A stretch of DNA of 64,000 nucleotides from Steroidobacteraceae bacterium (lineage in GTDB: Bacteria > Pseudomonadota > Gammaproteobacteria > Steroidobacterales > Steroidobacteraceae): assembly GCA_035286365.1 (NCBI GenBank), contig DATHJZ010000076.1, positions 12,712 to 76,711 on the forward strand, given 5' to 3'. Below are positions 1 through 9,725 of this stretch, piece by piece. A model generated the notes under the pieces. It was not told the DNA's origin and searched no databases. It worked only from the letters and a program-made list of their open reading frames with translations. How positions within the stretch are numbered: the first letter of the stretch is position 1; each line of letters starts with the position of its first letter. The position numbers and the translations under genes are program-made.

Positions 1-910
1 CATTTTGGATGCTGGTATCGAGCGCGGCTTCGTTTTTGCGCAGGCCGGACAATTCGAAATAGCGTGCGCCGATGTGCAGGGACAGCAACGAACCGGCCAG
101 CAGCGCCGCGATTCGCCAGGCACGCCAGCCTTCCTGCATCGATGACGCGATCGCGAACGCACCCTGCAGCAGGTTGACCGCTTCGCCGCTGGCGGCCGCC
201 GGAGCGAGCACACCCAGCGGGCCGGACGGCAACAACTGCACCTTCACGCCGGTGAAGCGGTCGCGGAATGCATCGACCGCGATCTGGTGTGCCTCCCATT
301 CCTCGTGGCCGGCATAGAGCAGTAAGCCGAGCGGTGCGGGTTCGAGACCGGCGACGGTCGAGACCTGCATGTCGAGCGCCATCTCGAACGCGTCGGTGAT
401 CGAGAGCGTCGGCAGCACCAGCGGTACTCCTTCGGCGCCGCGCAGCGTGATCGAATCGCCATCGAGCAGCGCGATCAGCTGGCCGGGCATCGCGGGCAAC
501 AGCGTCGATTCCGGGTAGATAGCCGTGGGATTGAGGCCGGCGCTGCGCAGCTGCGCGAGCCAGGATTCGAGGCGCGCGCGCTGCACCACGGTGACCGGTA
601 TGCGGCCCGTGTCGCCCACGCGTTCGCCGATGGCGAAGTGCAGGTTTTCGATTTCGTCGGCGACGCGCTCCTCGAGCGCGTACGGAACGACCTGCGCGAG
701 TTTCGCGGCACCCTTGGCCGGTGCGTCGCTGTCGGTGACCAGCACGTCCCCGGCCGGCACGATGACCGCGATACGGCGTCCGGCGCTCATCGCCGTCGCC
801 TGTGCGAGTTCGCCCGACACGGCATCGACCACTACCTGGCCGTCGTTGTCGCACACCATCCAGCGGGGCGGAGCGCCGTCGCGCAGGTGAATTACCAGGG
901 TCTCGCTCAT
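1..910 (-). CDS. gspL: Type II secretion system protein L, N-terminal part (gene runs off the window start)
   Basis: My own minus-strand translation from the ATG at 908-910 gives MSETLVIHLRDGAPPRWMVCDNDGQVV...AKLAQVVPYALEERVADEIENLHFAIGER, which is GspL-like. It follows gspK in the G-H-I-J-K-L order. It is absent from the ORF track because there is no stop inside the window. Confidence 0.8.
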   Translation of the reverse strand, partial: MSETLVIHLRDGAPPRWMVCDNDGQVVVDAVSGELAQATAMSAGRRIAVIVPAGDVLVTDSDAPAKGAAKLAQVVPYALEERVADEIENLHFAIGERVGDTGRIPVTVVQRARLESWLAQLRSAGLNPTAIYPESTLLPAMPGQLIALLDGDSITLRGAEGVPLVLPTLSITDAFEMALDMQVSTVAGLEPAPLGLLLYAGHEEWEAHQIAVDAFRDRFTGVKVQLLPSGPLGVLAPAAASGEAVNLLQGAFAIASSMQEGWRAWRIAALLAGSLLSLHIGARYFELSGLRKNEAALDTSIQN

Positions 911-913
911 CGA

Positions 914-1870
914 TTATTCACTTCCAAAACTGCGCTGTACGGTACGCACCTTATTCCCTTGCTCGCGCAATAGAACACTGTACAAAACGAACTCGGCAGT
1001 GCCAATACGAATGTTGGTGCGCAGGCGGAACCACTGCGAGGTTTCCTCGACCCGGGCCTCGGCCTTGGCCCGCAGGTTTGCATCGCTGATGACGCCGACG
1101 AAGACTGCCTTCTGCGGAAAACAGCCCTTGGCACGCTGCCCCTTGGCGGACAGATCGGTGCCTGCGAATTCCGAGTGGTTCGCCGGGTCATTGCGCGCGG
1201 CATCGAGCACCAGACCCAGTCCCGTGCACACATTGATGCGCGTGTCGTTCGGAAGGGCGGTGACGTAGGGCGCGAGCTTGGCGTAGTTCGCGGCGCCAAA
1301 GGCGGGCAGTGCGAGCAGCTCCGAGGTGTGGGTGATGAAGGTGTTCGGCGGGCGGTACGGTGGGACCTGCGAGAGATACAGAGTGTCTTCGCCACCCTGG
1401 TTGTACGGCGCGATGTCGGTATCTATCCAGTCGACCAGGTAGTCCGCAAAGCGCTGATCGATATCGAGGTCGCTCAGCAGGCGCTGAAAGACCTGGACCT
1501 GATCCGGATCGGCGACGAAGCTGCCGGTGGGCGCGTCCCACTTCACGACGCTGTTGAGATTGAAGCGCCCGGAGAGATCCTCGAGCTGCGCCGCGATCCA
1601 CACGCCCGTGCCTTCGATCTCCAGCGGGCCGAGCGGCTGCGCCCAGTCCTGGTCGGGGGTGATCTTGCTGCCGGCGTTCTCGAGCGCGATATCGGCGAGC
1701 CCCTCGGCTGACATGCCGGCCTGCAACGCCTGTTCCAGTGTGAACGTCGCGGCGGCACGGCGGGCGGCCATAGCCTTGTTGTAAGTCATGGTGGCGGCGA
1801 GCATGGTCGCGATCGCAAAAATCGTGATCGCCACGAGCAGGGCCACGCCGCGTTGACGCTGGTGTTTCAC
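914..1870 (-). CDS. gspK: Type II secretion system minor pseudopilin GspK
   Basis: ORF 914..2008. QRGVALLVAITIFAIATMLA hydrophobic segment followed by a GspK-like body. Start moved to the GTG at 1868-1870, which overlaps the gspJ stop (GTGA). Confidence 0.85.
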   Translation of the reverse strand: MKHQRQRGVALLVAITIFAIATMLAATMTYNKAMAARRAAATFTLEQALQAGMSAEGLADIALENAGSKITPDQDWAQPLGPLEIEGTGVWIAAQLEDLSGRFNLNSVVKWDAPTGSFVADPDQVQVFQRLLSDLDIDQRFADYLVDWIDTDIAPYNQGGEDTLYLSQVPPYRPPNTFITHTSELLALPAFGAANYAKLAPYVTALPNDTRINVCTGLGLVLDAARNDPANHSEFAGTDLSAKGQRAKGCFPQKAVFVGVISDANLRAKAEARVEETSQWFRLRTNIRIGTAEFVLYSVLLREQGNKVRTVQRSFGSE

Positions 1871-2499
1871 GTGGGCACTTCGAAGACGCGCTGCACGCGG
1901 CCCCAGTCCTCGAACACGATCGTGAGCTCGATGGCGAGCGGCCGCGCCAGCAGGAGCTCGTCGATATTCGCGGGGCCCGCCGGTCCATTCGCGGTGATCA
2001 CCGGCCATTCCTTGCGCCAGTTGCGCGATACCGGATCAAGGAAGCGAAGCTCGACCGATTTCAGGCGCGTGAGCAGGACGCGCTGGCGCGGCTCCGCGGC
2101 CAACGCCGCATCGAGCGCCAACCAGTGTTCACGCACTAGCGACCCGTCGATGAAGCGATAGCGGACCCGTTGCTCGGCCGGGCGCTGCACGCCGGCCGGG
2201 TTGCTCCAGCCGGTGCGCGTGAACACCAGCAGCGTGTTGTCGCGGTTGTCGGCGCTGATCGCAGGCAGCAGCTGGCCGGTGCCCTGCGTGTCGCGCGCCG
2301 CCCGCGCCGCGAGCTGCGCGAAGTCCTGCGCCACCACGCGCATTCCACGCTGAATCTCGGTGATTCGCGCCTGCCTGACCTTGAGCGTCTCGTTGGACTG
2401 CAGGCCCTGGTTGAGCGCGCGATAGCCCATCGCGAACATCACCGCCGCGATGAAGATGGCGATCATGACCTCGACCAGCGTGAAACCTGAACGGCGCAT
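1867..2499 (-). CDS. gspJ: Type II secretion system minor pseudopilin GspJ
   Basis: MRRSGFTLVEVMIAIFIAAVMF prepilin-type N-terminus (GFTLVE). Its size and position lie between gspI and gspK. Confidence 0.85.
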   Translation of the reverse strand: MRRSGFTLVEVMIAIFIAAVMFAMGYRALNQGLQSNETLKVRQARITEIQRGMRVVAQDFAQLAARAARDTQGTGQLLPAISADNRDNTLLVFTRTGWSNPAGVQRPAEQRVRYRFIDGSLVREHWLALDAALAAEPRQRVLLTRLKSVELRFLDPVSRNWRKEWPVITANGPAGPANIDELLLARPLAIELTIVFEDWGRVQRVFEVPT

Positions 2500-3143
2500 C
2501 AGCGGTCCGTCGGCGGCGGTTTGACCGGCACACTGGGATTGCCGGGATTGCCGGGATTGCCGGGACTCCCTGTAGTCCCGGGGGCTGCGGGCGTGCCCGG
2601 TCCGCCGGGCCCCTGGTTGTTAGGCGCGCCGGTGATGTTGCCGCGCATGGTCATACCGATCGCTGTATTTCGGTCAGAGCGAGCCGAACTCACCACGCCG
2701 GTCACCGTCGTCGACCAATTAGCCTTCTCGAGCTCGCCGCCGCTCGGTGAACTCTCGGGGTCCTTTTGCGCAGTCTGTTGCTGCTCGACTGCGCGTGTGT
2801 CGTCGACGGTTTCGCCCGTCGGTCGCGACCGCACGTCGACCCGGAACATGCCCTTCACCGGCAACTCAATGACCTCCTGTTCCCATTGCCAGCGCATCCC
2901 AGCCATGACGGTGTTGCCGGTGCGCTTGCCCACATCGGGCATTTGCTGCGAGATGCGAATCTCGGCGAGGCGATTGAGCGCCACCCACTCGGCCAGCGTC
3001 TTGTCCCTGAGATAGCTGATGTTGCTGGCGGCCGAGGTGATGGTGCCTAACAACGCGCCGACCGCCAGCGCGACGACGGCCAGCGCGATCAGCACTTCGA
3101 TGAGCGTGAATCCGCGGCCGGTTTTACGCCGGGGGATCCTCAT
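2499..3143 (-). CDS. gspI: Type II secretion system minor pseudopilin GspI with a ~100-aa Pro/Gly-rich C-terminal extension
   Basis: RGFTLIEVLIALAVVALAVGAL prepilin N-terminus followed by a GspI-like core (LAEWVALNRLAEIRI...RWQWEQEV). The tail ends ...GSPGNPGNPGNPSVPVKPPPTDR. ATGA overlap with the gspH stop. Confidence 0.8.
   Translation of the reverse strand: MRIPRRKTGRGFTLIEVLIALAVVALAVGALLGTITSAASNISYLRDKTLAEWVALNRLAEIRISQQMPDVGKRTGNTVMAGMRWQWEQEVIELPVKGMFRVDVRSRPTGETVDDTRAVEQQQTAQKDPESSPSGGELEKANWSTTVTGVVSSARSDRNTAIGMTMRGNITGAPNNQGPGGPGTPAAPGTTGSPGNPGNPGNPSVPVKPPPTDR
2535..2561 (-). repeat. Three perfect tandem copies of the 9-bp unit GGGATTGCC (encodes GNP GNP GNP in the gspI tail)
   Basis: Read directly: gggattgcc gggattgcc gggattgcc, followed by a degenerate fourth unit gggactccc. 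Confidence 0.95.
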
Positions 3144-3751
3144 TTGGCACGTGCCGCGCGCACCGGCGGATATTTCTCAGCTTCAATTTCGCCCGGCAGC
3201 AGCAGGCGGATGTTGGTCTGCTCGTCGGAATAGATACGCGCACTTTCGCCGCCGCCTTCGCGTTGCAACGTCATTTCGAACGAGGAGAGGTCCCCGTTGG
3301 CGAAGACCATGATGGTCGGCGCAAAGTCTTCGATTTCCTTCTTCTTCTCATCGAGCACGATCTTGCGGCCTTCGACTACCACCATTGGCTGGAGGCCTTC
3401 GGGAAATTGCCGCGCGCGCAGCGCCTCGTCTTCCTCGACCAGGCGCCATTGGTTGGCGAGCACGTCGAACACCACGAACGAATATCCGGTTTCATTGATG
3501 CGGAAGCCGTAGTCGCGCGTCTGCAGCTCGGCCTGCTCACGCACGTAGTCGAACAACGCATCGAGTTTCTGCGCTTCGCGCTCGAGTTGCTCGTCGCGGC
3601 GGCCGCCGGAGAACTGCAGGATGAAAGCCGCGGAGACCACCCCGATGATGACGACCACCACCATGATCTCGATGAGCGTGAAACCGCGTGCACGCGCGGC
3701 CGTTGCGCCTGCCCCGTTACTGATCGAGGTTCCAGTTGCCAATGTCGGCAT
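3140..3751 (-). CDS. gspH: Type II secretion system pseudopilin GspH
   Basis: ARGFTLIEIMVVVVIIGVVSAAF prepilin N-terminus followed by a GspH-like body. The start is uncertain. The nearest in-frame ATG gives an unusually long ~24-aa leader and overlaps the gspG 3' end. Confidence 0.75.
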   Translation of the reverse strand: MPTLATGTSISNGAGATAARARGFTLIEIMVVVVIIGVVSAAFILQFSGGRRDEQLEREAQKLDALFDYVREQAELQTRDYGFRINETGYSFVVFDVLANQWRLVEEDEALRARQFPEGLQPMVVVEGRKIVLDEKKKEIEDFAPTIMVFANGDLSSFEMTLQREGGGESARIYSDEQTNIRLLLPGEIEAEKYPPVRAARAK

Positions 3752-4160
3752 TTTCGCCTTCGCCGCCTTCCTGGCCATCGGCGCCGAACGAATACAAGTC
3801 GTATTCCTGCCCGCGCGTTCCCGGAAAGACGTACTGGTATGGGTTGCCCCAGGGATCGTTGCCGACGCGCTTAAGATAACCACCTTCGCGCCAATTTCGG
3901 ACCGTCGGGTCGTTGGGCCGCTGCACCAGCGCGCTCAATCCCAGGTCGGTGCTTGGAAACTTGTAGATGTCGAGCTTGTACAGGGTGAGGCCGGCTTCGA
4001 TCGCCTGGATGTCGCTCTTGGCCTTGGTGGTTTGCGCCTTGGCGAGGTTGCCGAAGATATTGGGCAGAATCACGGCGGCGAGCAGACCGATGATGACCAC
4101 GACGACCATGATCTCGATGAGCGTGAAGCCGCGGGCAGAACGATGAATTCGCGATGGCAT
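3717..4160 (-). CDS. gspG: Type II secretion system major pseudopilin GspG
   Basis: MPSRIHRSARGFTLIEIMVVVVIIGLLAAVILPNI...DPWGNPYQY...YSFGADGQEGGEGENADIGNW is the classic GspG sequence. Start set at the ATG at 4158-4160. Confidence 0.92.
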   Translation of the reverse strand: MPSRIHRSARGFTLIEIMVVVVIIGLLAAVILPNIFGNLAKAQTTKAKSDIQAIEAGLTLYKLDIYKFPSTDLGLSALVQRPNDPTVRNWREGGYLKRVGNDPWGNPYQYVFPGTRGQEYDLYSFGADGQEGGEGENADIGNWNLDQ

Positions 4161-4229
4161 GAAGACCCCGTGGGGCTTTGGCTGTGGCAGAGCGGGCAGA
4201 GGGCCAATTTCGGTGGCGGATGATAGCAA

Positions 4230-4844
4230 ATGAACGCTGAACTTCCCGGCAAAGGGTTAGGCGCTGTACTCAAGTCGCTCAATTGCGACCGTGCGTACGG
4301 CCTGGCGTTGCTCGGGGTCTGCGCGCTGCTCGCGTTGCCGGAACTGGGTGGCGAGGCCGTCCGCAATGCCGGAAGTTTCGACCGCGCTGCCATTGGCGCG
4401 GGGCAGTGGTGGCGGCTGCTGTCGGCGCACTTCGTTCACCTGGACGCCGAACACGCGCTGTTGAACGGGTTCGGCCTGGTGCTCATGTGGGCGCTGTTCG
4501 CGCGCGACTATTCACCATGGCGCTGGCTGGCTATCTATCTGTTCGCCGCGCTCACGATCAGCGCGGGATTGTGGTTTCTGAATCCCGAGCTCGACTGGTA
4601 CGTCGGCGCCTCGGGGGCGCTGCACGGCGTGATGACGGCCGGCACATGGGCGCACCTGAAGCGTCGCGATCTCGACGGCTGGATTCTTGCGGTCTTCATC
4701 GTCGCGAAACTTTCCTATGAGCAATTCGCGGGCTCGATGCCGTTTGCGGGCGCCGCCAACACGATCGTCGACGCGCATCTTTATGGCGCCGTAGGCGGAC
4801 TCGTACTCGCGATCTTCCTGAAATCGCGGCGCGAGCACCCGTAG
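4230..4844 (+). CDS. rrtA: Rhombosortase (rhomboid-family intramembrane serine protease, GlyGly-CTERM processing)
   Basis: QWWRLLSAHFVHLDAEHALLNGFGL, YVGASGALHGVM and DAHLYGAVGG motifs in a ~200-aa polytopic protein. Confidence 0.75.
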   Translation: MNAELPGKGLGAVLKSLNCDRAYGLALLGVCALLALPELGGEAVRNAGSFDRAAIGAGQWWRLLSAHFVHLDAEHALLNGFGLVLMWALFARDYSPWRWLAIYLFAALTISAGLWFLNPELDWYVGASGALHGVMTAGTWAHLKRRDLDGWILAVFIVAKLSYEQFAGSMPFAGAANTIVDAHLYGAVGGLVLAIFLKSRREHP

Positions 4845-4883
4845 AAGATTAACGAGCAGACGCTGCGGCTATACTTCGCCGCC

Positions 4884-5840
4884 ATGTCAGCAAACAACTC
4901 GCTCGCATTCGTGTTCCCGGGGCAGGGCTCGCAGTCGATCGGCATGCTCGCGAAACTCGCGGAAAGCTCTCCCACCGTACGCGGCACGTTCGATGAGGCG
5001 TCGAAAGTGCTCGGCTACGACCTGTGGCAGCTCTGTGCGAACGGTCCCGCAGAGGAGCTGAACGCCACCGAGCGCACGCAGCCCGCGATGCTGGTCGCAG
5101 GCATCGCCACCTGGCGCGTGTGGCAGGAGCGCGGCGGCGCGTTGCCGGGAACGGTCACCGGGCACAGCCTCGGCGAGTTCACGGCGCTGGTCGCGGCGCA
5201 GGCGATCGACTTCGGCACCTGCGTGGATCTGGTGCGCTTTCGCGGCCAGGCGATGCAGGAGGCGGTGCCCGCCGGCAGCGGCGCGATGGCCGCCTTGTTA
5301 GGCCTCGAAGATGCCGACGTCGAAGCCGCGTGCCGCGAAGCGGCGGCCGGTGGTGGCGTGGTCGAAGCCGTGAATTTCAATTCGCCCGGGCAGGTGGTCA
5401 TCGCGGGCGAGAAGGCGGCGGTATTGCGCGCCATCGAGGCCGCCAAGGCGCGTGGCGCCAAGCGTGCGCTCGAACTACCCGTCAGCGTGCCCTCGCACAG
5501 CAGCCTCATGAGGCCCGCGGGCCTGCGGCTCGCCGAACGCCTCGCGGCGATCGACATTCGGAAGCCTGCGATCCGTTACCTGAGCGCGGTCGACGCGCAG
5601 GAACACAGCGCACCCGACGACATTCGCGCGCTGCTCGGGCGGCAGCTCGCAAGCCCGGTGCGCTGGACTACCACGGTTGCCGCGCTGACCGCGGCCGGCG
5701 CCAGGCAGATCGTCGAGTGCGGGCCCGGCGCGGTATTGGCCGGACTCGTCAAACGCATTACGCGGGGCGGCGACACGCAGACGTTCGCGCTCGAATCACC
5801 CGAAAACGTTGACGCCGCGCTGACCGCGGCCGCTGACTGA
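4884..5840 (+). CDS. fabD: Malonyl-CoA:ACP transacylase
   Basis: FVFPGQGSQSIGM and GHSLGEF motifs. Sits in fabD-fabG-acpP-fabF order. Confidence 0.95.
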   Translation: MSANNSLAFVFPGQGSQSIGMLAKLAESSPTVRGTFDEASKVLGYDLWQLCANGPAEELNATERTQPAMLVAGIATWRVWQERGGALPGTVTGHSLGEFTALVAAQAIDFGTCVDLVRFRGQAMQEAVPAGSGAMAALLGLEDADVEAACREAAAGGGVVEAVNFNSPGQVVIAGEKAAVLRAIEAAKARGAKRALELPVSVPSHSSLMRPAGLRLAERLAAIDIRKPAIRYLSAVDAQEHSAPDDIRALLGRQLASPVRWTTTVAALTAAGARQIVECGPGAVLAGLVKRITRGGDTQTFALESPENVDAALTAAAD

Positions 5841-5849
5841 GAAAGACAC

Positions 5850-6581
5850 ATGCTGCAAAATGACATCGCGCTCGTGACGGGCGCTTCCCGAGGAATCGGA
5901 CAGGCCATCGCGAAGGCATTGGCGGGCGCCGGTGCCAAAGTCGTGGGCACGGCAACATCGGAAGCAGGCGCCGCGGGCATCTCGTCGTGGCTTGGAAGCA
6001 ACGGCCGCGGGGTGGTGCTGGACGTCGGCAGTGCGGCGTCCATCGACGGCCTGTTAGGCGACCTCGATGCGCGCGGCGAGATGCCGACGATCCTGGTGAA
6101 CAACGCCGCCATCACCCGCGACACGCTGCTGCTGCGCATGAAGCCCGAGGATTGGGATGCCGTCATCGCCACTAACCTCACCAGCGTGTTCCGGCTGTCA
6201 AAGGGCGTGCTCAAACGCATGATGAAGGAGCGGCGCGGCCGCATCGTGTCGCTGACTTCCATCGTGGGACTCACCGGCAATGCGGGGCAGGCCAACTATG
6301 CCGCCGCCAAAGCCGGCATCCTTGGGTTTACCAAGTCATTGGCGAAGGAAATTGCGTCCCGCGGCATCACCGTCAATGCACTCGCGCCGGGTTTCATCGA
6401 TACCGACATGACGCGCGCATTGAACGATGAACAGCGCACGGCGCTGACTGCCCAGGTGCCCATGGCGCGGTTGGGCACTGTCGACGACATCGCCCAGGCG
6501 GTACTTTTTCTGTGTTCCCCGGGGGCGAGTTACATCACCGGCGAGACGCTGCACGTCAACGGCGGTATGTACATGGCCTGA
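5850..6581 (+). CDS. fabG: 3-oxoacyl-ACP reductase
   Basis: ALVTGASRGIGQAIA and NYAAAKAG SDR motifs, plus operon context. Confidence 0.95.
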   Translation: MLQNDIALVTGASRGIGQAIAKALAGAGAKVVGTATSEAGAAGISSWLGSNGRGVVLDVGSAASIDGLLGDLDARGEMPTILVNNAAITRDTLLLRMKPEDWDAVIATNLTSVFRLSKGVLKRMMKERRGRIVSLTSIVGLTGNAGQANYAAAKAGILGFTKSLAKEIASRGITVNALAPGFIDTDMTRALNDEQRTALTAQVPMARLGTVDDIAQAVLFLCSPGASYITGETLHVNGGMYMA

Positions 6582-6767
6582 AAAGAGGGTGGGGAAGAGC
6601 CTATTCGTGGGGAGTTTGCAACAGCCAAACCACCGAAAAACAAATAAAAACAAGCACTCACGATTTGACAGCGTGGCGGCGGCGCAAACGTTGCCCTAGA
6701 ATACGCGCCCGCTGCGGCTCCCCGGGGAAGCGCAGCGAAAAAACATCCTATTGAGGGCGAATCAGAA

Positions 6768-7007
6768 ATGAGTACGGTTGAACAGCAGGTGAAGGCGATC
6801 GTCGCCGAACAGTTGGGCGTCAAGGCAGAGCAGGTAGTGAATGACGCTTCGTTCGTCGATGACCTCGGCGCCGATTCGCTCGACACGGTCGAATTGGTGA
6901 TGGCACTCGAAGAAGAATTCGAGATCGAGATTCCGGATGAAGATGCCGAGAAGATCACCACCGTGAGCCAGGCAATCAGCTACATCTCTGATCGTCGCAA
7001 GCCGTAA
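6768..7007 (+). CDS. acpP: Acyl carrier protein
   Basis: 79 aa. [27 protein letters not shown] contains the phosphopantetheine-attachment Ser. Confidence 0.97.
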   Translation: MSTVEQQVKAIVAEQLGVKAEQVVNDASFVDDLGADSLDTVELVMALEEEFEIEIPDEDAEKITTVSQAISYISDRRKP

Positions 7008-7087
7008 ATTTTTCCTGCGGACTCGTGCGCCGGCCATGACCCGCGCAGCACCCGCATTCCATTTGCCCTCACTTTTCAGAGGATAGT

Positions 7088-8335
7088 GTGTCCAGCCGAC
7101 GTGTCGTCGTTACCGGGCTCGGTATCGTTTCGCCAGTAGGGAGTGATGTCGCCACCGCGTGGGCCGCGATTCTCGCGGGCCGCAGCGGCATCAAGCCGAT
7201 CACGCGCATCGATGCCACGCCATTCGCCACGCGCTTCGCGGGCGAGGTTGAAGGGTTCGACGTCGCCGCCTACATCTCACCCAAGGAAGCGCGGCGCATG
7301 GATCCGTTCATGCACTACGGCATGGGCGCGGGCATCCAGGCCGTGGCGGATTCGGGCCTCGACTTCACGAAGGAAAACGGCGATCTCTGCGGCGCCATCA
7401 TGGGCTCCGGCATCGGCGGGCTTGCGGGCATCGAAGACGAAGCGATCACCTGGGAACGAACCCACAACCCGAAGAAGACCTCGCCGTTCTACATCCCGAG
7501 CACGATCGGCAACATGGTGGCGGGGCACCTGTCGATCCGCTTCGGTCTGCGCGGCCCGAATCTTGGCGTGGTGAGTGCCTGCACGACCTCCACGCATGCG
7601 ATCGGCATCGCGATGCGCAGCATCCAGTACGGGGATGCGGACATCATCATCGCCGGTGGTTCCGAATGCGCCACCACCCCGACGGCATTGGCCGGCTTCA
7701 GCCAGGCGCGCGCCTTGTCGGAGCGCAATGATGATCCGCAGGGAGCCAGCCGGCCCTGGGACAAGGATCGCGACGGCTTCGTGATGGGAGACGGCGGTGG
7801 CGCCGTGATCCTCGAAGAGCTCGAACACGCCAAGACGCGCGGCGCGCGCATCTATGCCGAGATCATCGGCTTCGGCATGAGCAGCGACGCGTATCACATC
7901 ACTGCGCCGCCAGAAGACGGCGCCGGTGCGCGGCTCGCGATGCAGAACGCCCTGCGCGACGCGAAGTTGAACGCCACGGACATCCACTATCTGAACGCGC
8001 ATGCGACTTCGACTCCGCTCGGTGACAAGGCCGAGACCGTCGCGATCAAGCACGCGTTCGGCGATTACGCCTACAAGCTTCCGGTGAGTTCGACCAAGTC
8101 GATGACCGGGCACCTGCTGGGCGCGGCCGGCGTGGCCGAGGCGATCTTTTCGATTCTGGCGATCCGCGACAACGTGGCTCCGCCGACGACCAACTATCAC
8201 ACGCCCGATCCGGACTGCGACCTCGATTACGTACCGAATACGGCGCGGCCGCTGAAGATCGAAGCGGCGCTGTCGAATTCTTTCGGATTCGGCGGCACCA
8301 ACGGCTCGTTGATCTTCCGCCGCTTCAAGGGCTGA
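7088..8335 (+). CDS. fabF: 3-oxoacyl-ACP synthase II
   Basis: [21 protein letters not shown] active-site Cys, HATSTPLGD and NSFGFGGTN motifs. GTG start preceded by AGAGGA. Confidence 0.95.
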   Translation: MSSRRVVVTGLGIVSPVGSDVATAWAAILAGRSGIKPITRIDATPFATRFAGEVEGFDVAAYISPKEARRMDPFMHYGMGAGIQAVADSGLDFTKENGDLCGAIMGSGIGGLAGIEDEAITWERTHNPKKTSPFYIPSTIGNMVAGHLSIRFGLRGPNLGVVSACTTSTHAIGIAMRSIQYGDADIIIAGGSECATTPTALAGFSQARALSERNDDPQGASRPWDKDRDGFVMGDGGGAVILEELEHAKTRGARIYAEIIGFGMSSDAYHITAPPEDGAGARLAMQNALRDAKLNATDIHYLNAHATSTPLGDKAETVAIKHAFGDYAYKLPVSSTKSMTGHLLGAAGVAEAIFSILAIRDNVAPPTTNYHTPDPDCDLDYVPNTARPLKIEAALSNSFGFGGTNGSLIFRRFKG

Positions 8336-8348
8336 AAGTCAGCCCCGC

Positions 8349-9725
8349 GTGGACGCCCGCGCGCCACTGATCAGTATTGTCCCTGTCAGCGGCCTGGCGC
8401 TGCGCAATCTTGCCGATCGCCACCCCAATCGCTTTCCCGTGCTGCTCGATAGCGCCGCGCAGGGGCCCCTCGCTCGTTTCACATTGCTCACGGGAACGCC
8501 GCGCGCGGCGCTGTGGCGTGATGCCAATGGCCGGGTCGACGCGAGCCTTGTCACGCTTTCCGGTGGCGGCTTTCTCGATGAACTCGAAGCGTGGTGTGCC
8601 CGTGAACGCGCCGCGCCTGCGCTTCCCAAAACACTGCCATTCACGGACGGCTGGATCGTCTACCTGGGTTACGAAGTCGCCGCGGAAATCGAACCCACTG
8701 TCAAACTGCCGCGCGCGGCGGCACCGCTGTCCGCCTTCGCGCTGCGCGTCGACACACTGGCGGTGCACGATCTGACCACCGACCTGGTGTACGCGGTGTC
8801 GCCGGCGGGTGCGGAAGAAGCGCACGCAGCGCTCGTCGCCGACCTGCGCGCGGCTGCCGCGGCGCAGATCGCGCCCGCGCGCCGCCTGCCGCTGGCGCGC
8901 CTCGACGAGGAGCCGCCGCAACGTTTCATCGAGCGCGTATTCGCCGCCAAACAGCACATCGCCGCGGGCGACATCTATCAAGCGAATCTCTCCCGACCCT
9001 GGCATCTCAGCTTGCGCGATCCGGCCGATGCGGCGCATGTCTACGCCGCGCTGCGCGCCGCGAATCCCGCACCGTTCGCCGCCAGCGTGCGATTCGAAGG
9101 TATGGCGATCCTTTCTTCATCGCCCGAACGCCTGCTGCGAATCGAGGGCCGCGACATTTCCACGCGGCCGATTGCCGGCACGCGCCCGCGCCACGGTAGC
9201 GCCGAGCAGGATCAGCGCGACACCGCGGAACTGGTGGCCCATCCGAAGGAGCGCGCCGAGCACATCATGCTGATCGATCTCGAGCGCAACGATCTTGGGC
9301 GCGTGTGCGAAGCTGGCAGCGTGAAAGTCGATGAATACATGGTGACGGAGTCGTACGCCCACGTGCATCACATTGTCTCCAATGTACGCGGACGGCTGCG
9401 GCCCGAGGCAACCGCCGTGGCGGCGCTGCGGGCCTTGTTTCCGGGTGGCACGATTACCGGCTGCCCGAAGGTACGCTGCATGCAGATCATCGCCGTGCTC
9501 GAAGGCGTGGGGCGGGGTGCATACACCGGTTCGCTGGGCTGGCTCGGGACCGACGGCGACGCGGATTTCAACATCCTCATTCGCACGCTCACGTTGAATG
9601 ACAGCGAGATCGAACTGCGCGCGGGAGCGGGCATCGTCGCGGACTCGATTCCCGAACGCGAGCTCGAGGAAACCCGCGCCAAGGCGCGCGGCCTGTTGCG
9701 TGCGTTCGAGGCACCCCATGAGTGA
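8349..9725 (+). CDS. pabB: Aminodeoxychorismate synthase component I
   Basis: Chorismate-binding family motifs (SSSPERLLR, PKERAEHIMLIDLERNDLGRV, LFPGGTITGCPK). Followed by pabC. Confidence 0.85.
   Translation: MDARAPLISIVPVSGLALRNLADRHPNRFPVLLDSAAQGPLARFTLLTGTPRAALWRDANGRVDASLVTLSGGGFLDELEAWCARERAAPALPKTLPFTDGWIVYLGYEVAAEIEPTVKLPRAAAPLSAFALRVDTLAVHDLTTDLVYAVSPAGAEEAHAALVADLRAAAAAQIAPARRLPLARLDEEPPQRFIERVFAAKQHIAAGDIYQANLSRPWHLSLRDPADAAHVYAALRAANPAPFAASVRFEGMAILSSSPERLLRIEGRDISTRPIAGTRPRHGSAEQDQRDTAELVAHPKERAEHIMLIDLERNDLGRVCEAGSVKVDEYMVTESYAHVHHIVSNVRGRLRPEATAVAALRALFPGGTITGCPKVRCMQIIAVLEGVGRGAYTGSLGWLGTDGDADFNILIRTLTLNDSEIELRAGAGIVADSIPERELEETRAKARGLLRAFEAPHE

Noticed and set aside
2521-2580. 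The GNPGNPGNP / PG-rich tail of GspI, considered as a collagen-like triple-helix segment.
   Set aside because: There are only three G-X-Y triplets in register. This is far too short and irregular for a collagen-like domain, so it is treated as low-complexity sequence plus a tandem repeat.
6665-6702. A TTGACA ... TAGAAT pair upstream of acpP, considered as a sigma-70 promoter.
   Set aside because: The spacer is 26 nt (6671-6696), far from the 16-18 nt needed. No better -35 element lies at the right distance.
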